A DNA stretch of 64,000 nt from NCBI RefSeq assembly GCF_009914755.1, contig NC_060931.1, one strand, 5' to 3'. The notes beneath the pieces are model-generated. The model was not told the DNA's origin and searched no databases. It worked only from the letters and a program-made list of their open reading frames with translations. Origin of the DNA: the human T2T-CHM13v2.0 reference genome, Homo sapiens. A program made the translations under genes and the position numbers. This document shows positions 12,780 through 24,330 of this stretch, one piece after another. Positions within the stretch are counted from its first letter, which is position 1, and each line of letters starts with the position of its first letter.

Positions 12780-12827
12780 CTCCACAGTGAGGAGTAGGGG
12801 AGGGGATGCTCCAAACCAGTACAGGAG
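12780..12827. repeat. Left arm of 48-bp inverted repeat
   Basis: CTCCACAGTGAGGAGTAGGGGAGGGGATGCTCCAAACCAGTACAGGAG is the reverse complement of 14428-14475 at 46/48 positions. Confidence 0.95.
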
Positions 12828-14427
12828 GTACCAACACCACTTCCTCAACTTTGCATTTTGCCCTGGAAATAATTCTATTCCAGTAAATTATATTCCCATG
12901 CAGCCTAAACCCTTGCACCCCACATGCAGCTGGGAAGCATATGTGCCAGGACCAATGCTCTTTTAAAGGGTGCCGGAGGCTCTGGAGGAATGAAACAATT
13001 ATCCTGGAGGCTTATTCCTGCAGCCTGCATCCTGAGCCATGTACAGTAATAGAGATCCAGATAGCAGACTGCGTGCCGGTAAATAAATAACCACTCAAGA
13101 ATGCCACCCTGTCTCACAAATAAAAAACACCATGCACTCTAAAAGTAGGAGATCTACCACTTTTATGGCTTTAAATTCTGTAAGTGTTTTAAAATTCTAT
13201 AAGTGATCAAATGGGACTGAACAATTCCTTCATACCATGATGGAGCCATTAGATTATTTTTACCTGGTTTTATACTAAATGGATACCTAGGTTGCTGAAA
13301 AGGAGTTGAAAATTGACTTGAATGCATGTGGAGGTCCTGTATTTGAAAACGTTTGGCACAATTTGGGAATGATGTACGGCTTTTATCCCTTTTGGCCTTG
13401 TAATAGTCTTACTTATGCATGTATCTAATCTCTACTCCTGGACTGTAGGCACCTAGAATCTAGGTATGACTAGTTACCTAGTCACTACACAATAAGCTTT
13501 TCTTGGAAAAGAGAGAAAGGGAGGAGAGGAAGGACAGAAGTAAGCTAGCCCTTTTCATTTGCCTCATGTATTTTCACAGATTAAAGAGGAAATATACTTC
13601 ACATTTGGCTACAGGGTCCAGTACTCTTGGCTTTTCTATTGCTGGCTTCATAAGTCACTGGGGTGTTGGCACAAGAAGCACCAGATAAGGATAAAGAAAG
13701 AGAAGAAGGAAGCCTGGGCTGTAGTGGTGAGTCTGCAGTTTCGTGATCATCCTGATGGATGCGTTGTAGCACCCCCACCCCCAAAACACACACACACACA
13801 TACATGGTCTCAGAAGAATCTCCCCATGAAGGACTGCCCTGGATGGAGGAAGCTGGTTGGAAACATGAGACTAGTTAGCCTGTTTGCATATTGCCATTGC
13901 CTTCTGTGTAGCTTCTCCTACAAGCAGCTGTTACTTAGTGTAATTAACCTGAAAGCCCAAATTTCAAGCTTGTTACCTCCAGCGGGTAACCGTAGGACTT
14001 CAACCCTTGGACTTTCCGGGTGTCTGTTCCCCACTCAAAAATCTCTAGAGCTGAATTACATGTGTTTGTGAATCAGATTGAGCCAATGCTCCTCTGAGCC
14101 AAGGTTCCCCCTCCTAGGGAATTTGATCCCTTCCAGAGGGCAGTCCACTTGGGTTGACTGCCTTCAGCTCCTCCATAGTCACATTTTGATGCTCCGAGGT
14201 GACCACTGTCCTGGGCAAAGTAGTTTATGCTGGTTCCAGGGACGTTTCCTCATCACTCTGGGTAACCTGAGGCTGGCAAGTGGATTTGCCAAGGCAGAAG
14301 ATCAGAGATTGAGGTTTGGCAAAAGGGGCAAGCTGGTTTCACAACTTTTATCACCAGCTACATCCTCATCATCTTTCAGTGAATTTTATCACCGGGGGTC
14401 TGGATTCCATGTGGCCAAAGGTAGTGG

Positions 14428-14475
14428 CTCCTGTACTCGTTTGGAGCATCCCCTCCCCTACTCGTCACTGTGGAG
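14428..14475. repeat. Right arm of 48-bp inverted repeat
   Basis: CTCCTGTACTCGTTTGGAGCATCCCCTCCCCTACTCGTCACTGTGGAG. Confidence 0.95.
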
Positions 14476-15933
14476 CTGGGATGTTGAGGGGAAAATTCAA
14501 ATCAAGTTTCACTTGAGGTGGTAAGTCATGGTGGTGCCTGTGGAGTTGCTCCCATGCTCTCCCCTTTTCCTTTTGCTGGATCACAATCCTGGATTGTTCA
14601 GTCTCTCCTTCAGGAATTTTTTCCAGAGTTAGCTGAGCCACTTAGGAGGGAGGGTAGCACTTGTTTCAGTTCCATTTGCGTCCCTCACCCATCCCAGAGA
14701 GCCCTAAGCCTGATTCTTAGCAATACTACCTTCGACTCAGACACTGCTCTCTGAAGCAACAAAAACAAAATCACAGCAGGCCTGCTTTGCTGAGTCTAAG
14801 CATGTTGCCTTTGAGGGCTGGGACATGCTTCCTCTAAGAACAGTGGCCTCCAGTCATGCTGGACCATGCCCTGAGGGGCAGTGACTGGTCCCTCTAACAA
14901 CTGAAAGACTGGTAGGGATTTTGAGCCTCTTTCAGATGTCTTGAAGTACTCTTTGAGGACACTGAAGTGGCCTCCTTCTCCTCTAGGAAGCTGGAAGCCA
15001 GATTCAAAGCAGGATACTGAAGCTAGACCAAATAGGGCTTACTCAAGGCTGGCATAATCTGCACTGTGTCTTGTCACAGGGCCCTTTCTGAAACAGGGTT
15101 TCTAATCATGATACAGGGGGAGACTTGCTCCCCTGCTTGCTACTAAGTCCTAGGACACCACCTGCAAGGCTGGCCATACTTCTGAACACCTGCCTAATCC
15201 CTGTCCATTCTCATAGCAGTCTTCCTGCTAGACCTACTCAGCCACCAGCTGTCCACCACCTTCTCCTTGACTCTGTGTGGCCTGTGTCAGCCAATGTTAC
15301 AATTCTTCCCTCTTTTTCAGTTTGCTGAATATTATTCCTTACTGCCTTACTCCATGGGGGGCATACTTGGGGTCAGGGGCTAAAAACAACTGTAATTGTG
15401 GCAAAGATTCTGGCCACACCTACCGCCTGCCACCTAGTCTTTCTCCAGCAAAAAGTCACTCTTAAAAATCTCTAAGCAATGCGGGGTAATTAAACATCAC
15501 TTTCTAGGGTCCATACTATTTTTTTGTTTCTTCCTAGGGACAGAAGGGAAATGGACATTTTCTTCAAGTTCTAGAAGACTAACTTTATTTTCTTCTCTCC
15601 TGAACATCTGACGAGCATTCTCTATGCCTAAGGAGGAGTTTTAACAAACACATCAATTGGCTCCAATCCCTGGGGCAGTAGTTAATTTCTGGTGCAGAAG
15701 CGCACAATCCAGGATTCAAATAACCCCAGAGGAACCCCACAGAATGCAGCTCAAACAACCCATAGGCCTCACAGAGGCTGGTTTAAGTGTGTTCTATTGT
15801 CATTGAATCACAGATTTAACTAGATCTTTAGCCCACATCTGGGTTATTTTAAAACCTTGATCCAACCCACGCTCTGAGTTTCCTCTTCCCTCCTGCAATG
15901 TTTTTTGGACATTCCAAGGAGAATCTTCCATCT

Positions 15934-16036
15934 TGCTCTATGACCACCCCATGTGGCCCAGCTGTGGCCCCAGCAGTCACTAGTCTGAGCTGTGGCCATT
16001 GGTGCTACAGCTGGGCCACAGGTGGGTCATAGAGCA
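15934..16036. other. ~103-nt imperfect palindrome / stem-loop
   Basis: TGCTCTATGACC pairs with GGTCATAGAGCA (12 bp); TGTGGCCCAGCTGTGGC pairs with GCTACAGCTGGGCCACA (17 bp, one G-T). Confidence 0.9.
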
Positions 16037-16325
16037 CTACTGCCATTACCACTGCTATGAGAAGCCCAGCTTGGACGCCCTCCTACTTCGTGAGTTTACG
16101 ACAGTGTGCTGCCGTTTTGGCCACTGCTGTTATTATTTCCCAAATGTTGAGTGCTGAAGGCAACCTGGCCTCAGTGGCACTCTAAGAAGGGGACTCACTC
16201 TTTCCCTTTGTATGATATGCTCTGCTAGGTGGGGCCCACAGCAGGAAGGCTCAGTCCCCTGAAGTGTTAGGGAGTGTGAGTGGGCTTCCTTCCTTTTTCT
16301 ATAGCCTGTAATAGTAATAACTCCA

Positions 16326-18455
16326 GGGAGGTTGCTGGCAAGATGGCCGAATAGGAACAGCTCCCGTCTGCAGCTCCCAGGGAAATCAATGGAGAAGGCA
16401 GGTGATTTCCGCATTTCCAACTGAGGTACCCAGTTCATCTCGCTGGGACAGGTTGGACAGTGGGTGCAGCCCACGGAGGGGGGGAGCTGAAGCAGGGTGG
16501 GGCGTCGCCTCATCAGAAAAGCGCAAGGGGTCGGGGAATTTTCTCCCCTACCCAAGGGAAGCCGTGAGGGTCTGAGCCTGAGGAACTCTGTCACAGATAC
16601 TGCACTTGTCCCCCGGTCTTCGCAACTCGCAGACCAGGAGAGTCCCTCCGGTGCCTACCCTACCAGGACCCTGAGTTTCAAGCACAAAACTGGGTGGCCA
16701 TTTGGGCAGACACTGAACTAGCTGCAGGAGTTCTTTGTTGCCATACCCCAGTGGCGCCTGGAACGCCAGCAAGAAAGGACCATTCACTCCCCTGGAAAGG
16801 GGTGCTGAAGCCAGGGAGCCAAGTGGTCTGTCTCGGCGGGTCCCACCCCTGTGGAGCCTAGCAAACTAAGATCCACTGGCTTGAAATTCTCGCTGCCAGC
16901 ACAGCAGCAGCCTGAGATCGACCTGGGAGGGTTTGAGCTTGGTGGGGGGAGGGGCTTCCGCCATTGCTGAGGCTTGAGTAGGCAGTTTTACCCTCCCAGT
17001 GTAAACAAAGCCGCTGGGAAGTTCGAACTGAGTGGAGCCCACTGCAGGTCAGCAAGGCTGCTGTGGCCAGACTACAGGATTTCTCTTCTCTGGGCAGGGC
17101 ATCTCTGAAAAAATGGCAGCAGCCCCAGTCAGGGACTTATAGATAAAACTCCCGTCTCCCTGGGACAGAGCACCTGGGGAAAGGGGTGACTGTGGGCGCA
17201 GCTTCAGCAGACTTAAACATCCCTGCCTAACAGCTCTGAAGAAAGCAGCAGACCTCCCAGTACAGAGTTCGAGCTCTGCTAAGGGTCAGACTGCCTCCTC
17301 CCGTGTATCCTGACTGGGAGACAGCTCCCAGTAGGGGCTGACAGACACCTCAGACAGGAGAGCCCTGGCTGGCATCTGGTGGGTGGCCCTCTGGGATGAA
17401 GCCTCTAGTGGAAAGCTCAGGAAGCAATTTTTGCTGTTCTGCAGCCTCCGCTGGTGATACCCAGGCAAACAGGGTTGGGAGTGGACCTCCAGCAAACTCC
17501 AACAGACCAGCAGCAGAGGGGCCTGATTATCAGAAGGAAAATTAACAAACAGAAACGAATAGCATGTCCACTCAAAGACCCCATCTGAAGGTCACCAATG
17601 TCAAAGACCAAAGGTAGATAAATCCACAAAGATGGGGAGAAACCAGTGCAAAAAGGCTGAAAATTCCAAAAACCAGAATGCCTCTTCTCCTCCAAAGGCT
17701 CACAACTCCTTGCCAGCAAGGGAACAAAACTGGACAGAGAATGAGTCTGACGAATTGACAGAAGTACGCTTCAGAAGGTGGGTAATAACAAACTCCTCCG
17801 AGCTAAAGGAGCATGTTCTAACCCAGTGCAAGGAAGCTAAGAACCTTGAAAAAAGGTTAGAAGAATTGCTAACTAGAATAACCAGTGTAGACAAGAACAT
17901 AAATGACCTGATGGAGCTGAAAAACACAGCACGAGATCTTCATGCAGCATACACAAGTTTCAATAGCTGAGTCGATTAAGCGGAAGAAAGGATATCAGTG
18001 ATTGAAGATCAACTTAATGAAATAAAGAGAGAAGACAAGATTAGAGAAAAAAGAATAAAAAGGAATGAACAAAGCCTCCAAGAAATATGGGACTATGTGA
18101 AAAGACCAAATCTATGTTTGATTGGTGTACCTGAAAGTGACGGGGAGAATGAAACGAAGCTGGAAAACACTCTTCAGGATATTATCCAGGAGAACTTCCG
18201 CAACCTAGCAAGACAGGCCAACATTCAAATTCAGGAAAATACAGAGAACACCACAAAGATACTCCTCAAGAAGAGCAACCCCAAGACACATAATAGTCCG
18301 ATTCTCCAAGGTTGAAATGAAGGAAAAAAATGTTAAGCGCAGCCAGAGAGAAAGGTGGGGTTACCCACAAAGGGAAGCCCATCAGACTGACAGCGGATCT
18401 CTCTGCAGAAACCCTATAAGCCAGAAGAGAGTGGGGGCTGATATTCAACATTCTT
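16326..18455 (+). mobile_element. L1PA7/8-like 5'UTR plus most of ORF1, 3'-truncated, TSD-flanked
   Basis: Starts GGGAGGTTGCTGGCAAGATGGCCGAATAGGAACAGCTCC; ends ..ATATTCAACATTCTT; 15-bp TSD ATAGTAATAACTCCA at 16311-16325 and 18456-18470. Confidence 0.93.
17632..18455 (+). pseudogene. Disrupted L1 ORF1p
   Basis: ORFs MGRNQCKKAENSKNQ.. and ..EQSLQEIWDYVKRPNLCLIGVPE.. are L1 ORF1p; stop at 17968-17970, later frameshifts, C-terminus missing. Confidence 0.9.
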
Positions 18456-18474
18456 ATAGTAATAACTCCAAAGT

Positions 18475-19040
<566 letters not shown>

Positions 19041-21119
19041 CCTTACATGTGTATGTGCTGAATGGTTGGATCATGGAAAGTTTCAGTGAAAACCATCATG
19101 CTGTCTTCCAGAACCACGTTCTCCTCTGAGGAGGATGAATGAAGGTTGGGTTTCAGTCATCATGCCTGCCCTTTTTTTCTTTGTATTGTTTCTTAAGCAT
19201 CTCAGAGTCCTCTCATGGAATTTGGTTTCTATTTCCCCTCCCAATCTCCACCTCACTCCATATCATAAGACATGTCTGCATTCTGGAATATTAAACGTGG
19301 ACATGGCTCAAAGACTTTTCAGAGAAGGCCCTTGTTCTCTTGATAAATTAATGGACATGTATAGGTAGGGGGAGTAAGCTGTTGTCTGCCTCCGCCAGCC
19401 AGGTGTATCTGAATTTCCACTCCAGCCAACCAGGACCTTTCTTGTAAAAATATAGAATATTTCATCATTCTTCCCCAAGAGCAGAAGGCAAGCTTTAAAG
19501 CCAAATTTCTGATAAGGCTTTGTCGGAGTGATTATTTTTTGTCTCCTACGAGCAGGTTTTATTGAGGAAGGAAGTGAAAGACGTTAAGCGATATCCAGAA
19601 CATTTAGAAGTTGGCCAGAGCAACCCATTTTTCCCACTTTTGCACTGTTCTCATCAAACAGAGTAGAAAGATCAAGTAACTATAAAGGACTTGGCATCAC
19701 CATGGTCCAATGCAGCTGTTCACACAGAACTGGTCTAAAAACGAAATGGCTCTTCCATTGTTTGCTTATTACTCACTTCGGATAGAGAATACAAGAGCAA
19801 ATGACATTCTCCTTGGCTGAAAGTGATTTTACTTCCATGCAGCTTCCCTGCAGAGCCTCTTCCCACCTCCATAGCCTTCTCCACTGCTGTCTCGACTTGC
19901 TTTCACCCTTATACCATTTTGCATTCAAGCACATTAAATGCAGCCCATGTTATAAAGCCATTATTTATTCCCACATCGAAACACTGCAGGTCACCCAACA
20001 CATGTTAAAGAGAGAAAACCCATCAACAAATAGGCTCTGTCCATTCAGCTCAATTGACATTTCCATTGTCTTTCACTGAGGTCTCCGCATAACAGTGTAC
20101 ACAAGGGAGGATGTGGCAAGATCATCCATTGGCTGCTGCCTGGCTTCTCTTCTGTAACTGAGCACCATTGGGCCAATGCTGAGGGGTTTTCTGGGCGTGT
20201 TTCCCTCCTTTGTCAATGTTAATGCAATGCCAAATGATAAAGATGCCCTTTGGCATTCAACACTCTTAGCCTTTGATAATAAACACTTTCTGCATCTCAA
20301 ATTGCTGCTATACATGAACAGGTTTTAGTCAATCCCTGAAGCGAACATGTACCTTCTCATTACAGGGCAGCAGTAGTGAGAAAGCAATTCACTAAGCCAT
20401 AGGGCTGGCAATCACCCATATTTTCTGCTATGAGTAAATAACTTCAATTGATTTAATCATAAAAGAATAACAGGAAAACTACATTGATTTCCAAATCCCT
20501 AATGTGAACATCAGACTCTATTGACTAGGCTGCGTCCAAGGAGGTTGTAGCCATTTGTATGAACTCAAGAAACATCAATACTTGATTATTACTCGAACAA
20601 AAAAAATGACAATTTGGACCTATTTCAAAATGGATTGAAGTAATATTATGCAGGATGATTGGGCAATCTAGAGTGATATAAGTGATAATACGCTGCAGTG
20701 CTCATTAGGTTAAAAAGAACAAAATCCATAAATTCTGGTGAACAGTTTTCTTGTTAATTGTAATAAGTCATTCACTTTCTATAGTAACAGTAATAACACA
20801 CTAGACCTCTGTTTCTATTAAAGTAACCAAATGGGCTTGTCGAAAATTCATCTATTGCTCATGTAAATTTAGCTGCTAAGATCTTTGCACATAGAAAATC
20901 TCTCCATAAGTGGAAAAACTGCAGATTTTGTTTCAAACCACCCTTAAAAGAGCATTGGTTTCCCTGACAGTAACTGGTCAATTGAGGTGTAAAAACAACG
21001 TCAAAAATATTTAAGGAATATTTAATACAAAAAATGCAAAAGAATATAAATGTGCTTTTTATTTTAATACAGGAAAAAGAATGTTGGACAGAAGAGTTAA
21101 GTAGGTGAACATATGTATT

Positions 21120-21240
21120 AAGTAGATATCACCTAAACCAGGACACTTTTGAGAGTGAGGAGAGGCACTATTAATAAGAGGCTGGGACAACAGGTATATG
21201 CCAGGACTATTCCAGGCAAATTGAGACACAAGATGACTGT
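21120..21240. mobile_element. MER81/MER94-like (hAT-Blackjack) MITE
   Basis: AAACCAGGACACTTTTGAGAGTGA..GCTGGGACAACAGG..CCAGGACTATTCCAGGCAAATTGAGAC. Confidence 0.6.
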
Positions 21241-21389
21241 GGAGTTGGGGAGACTGACTATAAACTCTGTTTCTAAGTGACTTTGAAACTCCAAGCAACT
21301 CATCCACTAGTTTTGGTTTCTTACTTGCCTGCAAAATGAGATCATCTATAATCTCACAGATCTCTTCCAGTTTTAAAGATCTGGCTCTC

Positions 21390-21636
21390 ACAGCAAATAG
21401 AATGGTGGTAGAAAGGGACTGGGGAAGAAGGTAATGAGGAATTATTGTTTAATAGGTACAGAATTTCAGTTTTGCAAGATGAAAGGAGTTCCAGAGATGG
21501 ATGGTGGTGATCATTGCACAGCAATGTGAACGTACTTGATGTTACCGAACTTAAAATATACTTACTACTACTGTACTTAAAAATGGTTAAGATGATATAT
21601 TTTATGTCACGTCTTTTACCACACTAAAAAAAAAAA
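21390..21636 (+). mobile_element. L1MB-like 3' end with A tail
   Basis: TAGAATGGTGG..TTGTTTAATAGGTACAGAATTTCAGTTTTGCAAGATGAAA..GAGATGGATGGTGGTGAT..TTTTACCACACTAAAAAAAAAA. Confidence 0.85.
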
Positions 21637-22489
21637 TCTGACTCTAAACCAAATGATATGAGTGATTTTAATGTCATCCTTCTTTTACTAGTTACATTTT
21701 ACTGCAAATGTTTCTAAACTGTTATCTCATGGCAATAGTTTCTTTTACTCTTTTTATTAAAGAGTAAAAGAAATTACTAAGCTTTACTGAAGCAAACAAT
21801 GATTATTTTAATATAAATTCTTGTCGATTACAGAAAAGATAACATGTAGGCTCTCTCCCATTCCAAAGACCCAAAATCCCTGATAATGTTCAAATATGTA
21901 AAATATTGGTGAGCCCCATATTAAGCACTTACAACATGCTGAGAATTCTAAGCAACTCAGTGGTCATAACTAAACTGGTATTGCATTTTGTGTGTGCCTA
22001 GCACACAACTAGGTCTACTGAGACGTGGAAGTAATATAAAAAAGAATTATCTGTCCTCAAGTAGCTTACATTGTTGTTACAGAAATGAAATTAACACATA
22101 AAATAATTACTGAGTCATACTCCAGAGGAGATAATTGACTCCAAAGTTGAAAGAACATGCTGGGAATTTAGAAAAGGCTGAAATCAAAGAGGATTGGATT
22201 ATTCAGAAGTGATTGTGAAGTTTGTAATTAGAATGTGGACTAGGCTTTGAAAACTATATGAAGTTTGGCCAGATGGGAAGGGATCAGTAAGATCTTCCAA
22301 GCATGAGAATCAATATGAAGATGAATATGCAGAAAGGGGAATTGTGTCACTGGCCCAGAGACATGTGCTAGCATCTCATGGGAATATGCTTTGGTTAGGT
22401 GAAATCAGATAGAAGAGCATTACAAAATAAAATAATAGTTTAGGCATTAGGTGGAAGGAAATATAATGAACTGCTGTGTTTAAGTATCA

Positions 22490-22870
22490 GAAGCTTGTAA
22501 CATGTGGCAGGAAAGATTATTTTAGGTGCATGTGGACACAGCATTAGGGAACATTGAATCATTTTATGAGAAAGTTATTCCCCTTTCAGTTCTTTTAATT
22601 GTACTAGTAAAACTTTGCCACATCTGCATCACTTGTTAATTTCCCTTTGTAGGAAAAGAGAAAACAAACCTCAGGAACAACACCTTTGGCTGGCAAACTA
22701 TCCACATAATAAATTAATAACATAGTGTTTCCATTATATCGACTTTAAATTAATTATCTTCTAATTCCATTAAGTGATAATGGTTTTCTCTTCATGACTG
22801 TGATATAGCATTTACTTTAAAAATACATTTTTTTTTAGAGCTGAACAATGACCAATTCATGAAGTGATAT
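22490..22870. mobile_element. MER113-like hAT-Charlie fragment
   Basis: GATTATTTTAGGTG..ACATTGAATCATTTTATGAGAAAGTTATTCCCCTTTCAGTTC resembles recalled MER113 consensus. Confidence 0.5.
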
Positions 22871-22904
22871 AAACAGTAGGAAGATCTGAGAAAAGTCTTG
22901 AAGG

Positions 22905-23092
22905 TGGCCTGTGATAGAAAGAGCACAGGTCCTCAAAATGAAAGCCTGGCTCTGATTCCCACTTCTGTAGCTTATTAACATTGACCTGGAGTAAAACACT
23001 TACTCTCACTGAGCCTCAGTTTCCTTGTCTGTCAAATGAGGGGTTGGGTGAGATGATCTCCAGGGTCTCCTTCTACTCACAATTGCGTGATT
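22905..23092 (+). mobile_element. MIR3/MIRc
   Basis: GAAAGAGCAC..CCTGGCTCTGATTCCCACTTCTG..TCACTGAGCCTCAGTTTCCTTGTCTGTCAAATGAGGGGTTGG..GATGATCTC. Confidence 0.75.
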
Positions 23093-23099
23093 AAAGGGC

Positions 23100-23600
23100 T
23101 ATTCAGTGGACAGTGACAAGATGAAAGCAGCATTTAAAGAAGATTTGTCTGGCAGTGGCAGGAAGGTGAGATTGGAGAGGAGAAAGTTGGGGTCACGGAG
23201 GCCACATAGGTGGCCGTTTCCATAATCCAGGAATGAGCCGAAAAGGGCCATGGCTAGGATGATGATGCTGAGACTTTGAGAGATGAAGAGACATGGAAGA
23301 CATTTCAAAGGAAGAGTTGACAGCATTTCATAACTAAATAGTGAAAAAACATAAAAATGATTTGGGGATAACAAACTTGGTGAAGTGAAAAGGGAAACTG
23401 TTTAACAAAATCCTGTGTTGGAAAGAAGAGCTTGTCTGGTTTTAAAAATCATGAGTTTGGGCTGATTGCAAGATACTGGTATTGAAATCCCCTAGGACAG
23501 CTGAAATATAGGACTGCCACCTAGATAAAAAGAATGATGTGGAAATATAGATTTAAGGGTCTTCTGCACTGAAATAATGAATAATTTGCTTGAGCGAGCT
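23100..23600 (-). mobile_element. L2 fragment
   Basis: Purine-rich L2 antisense pattern (GATTGGAGAGGAGAAAGTTGG..ATAATCCAGG..GAGTTTGG..TATAGATTTAAGGGTC). Confidence 0.55.
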
Positions 23601-24186
23601 CAAAACAAGAATAGCAGAAAGTCCAAAAATTGAATTTCAGAATATGACGCCTATTGTTAAAAAGGCCAGGAGAAGCAAGAAAGACCAAACAAAGAAACAA
23701 AAATGGAATTTTCAGAGTATGAAAAACACCAGAAAGCAGAATGCTCAGAGTATGAGAGAAGCCAGAATGGTGTGGGGTTCTGCAAACCAAGAAATAAACC
23801 AGTTTTCAAAAGATGAGTTGCATTGAAGTACAGAAAGTCATGCAAGGAATAGGGGCTCTGGGGCCACAGCAAAAGCTTGACTAATGTCATTAATGCCCTT
23901 TGTTTGAGCAGAAAGCATCAGAGTGGTAACAGTTGATTAAGACTAAGAAGAGATTAAGAAGCCCGTTAGAAGGGAAAACTCAAATTACAAAAATCATAGT
24001 GTCATTTTGCATCCATAAATACACACAACTATAATTTGTCAATACAAAATCTTAAAACTTTACGTAAAAAATTTTAAGTCGAGGTAAAAACACAGAAATT
24101 TGGTAGGAAGAAGGAAGAGAAAAATAAGATACTGGCAAGAGAAAAGCTGCAGATTCATGGAAAGTTTATTTTTAAAATATATGGAA

Positions 24187-24330
24187 GGTGGGCATGGTGG
24201 CTCACAGCTTCATGTGGCTTAAGTGGGAAGATCACTTGAGTTCAGGAGTTTGAGAGTATAGACGTCGATGACCATGCCTGCAAATAGCCACTGCACTCCA
24301 GCCTGGACAACATAGCAAAACTCCATATGT
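24187..24330 (+). mobile_element. FAM (fossil Alu monomer), internally deleted
   Basis: GGGCATGGTGGCTCAC..GATCACTTGAGTTCAGGAGTTTGAG..GCCTGCAAATAGCCACTGCACTCCAGCCTGGACAACATAGC (FAM-type AATAGCCACTGCAC). Confidence 0.75.

Noticed and set aside
12780-14475. Inverted repeat as the TIRs of a new DNA transposon
   Set aside because: No TSD outside the arms, no transposase remnant in the spacer, no typical terminal dinucleotides; kept only as an unexplained inverted repeat
13559-14524. 170-aa and 148-aa ORFs inside the inverted-repeat spacer as a 'cargo' gene
   Set aside because: No recognisable domain; one crosses a CA microsatellite (HTHTHT), the other starts at TTG; lengths are within chance range for 64 kb
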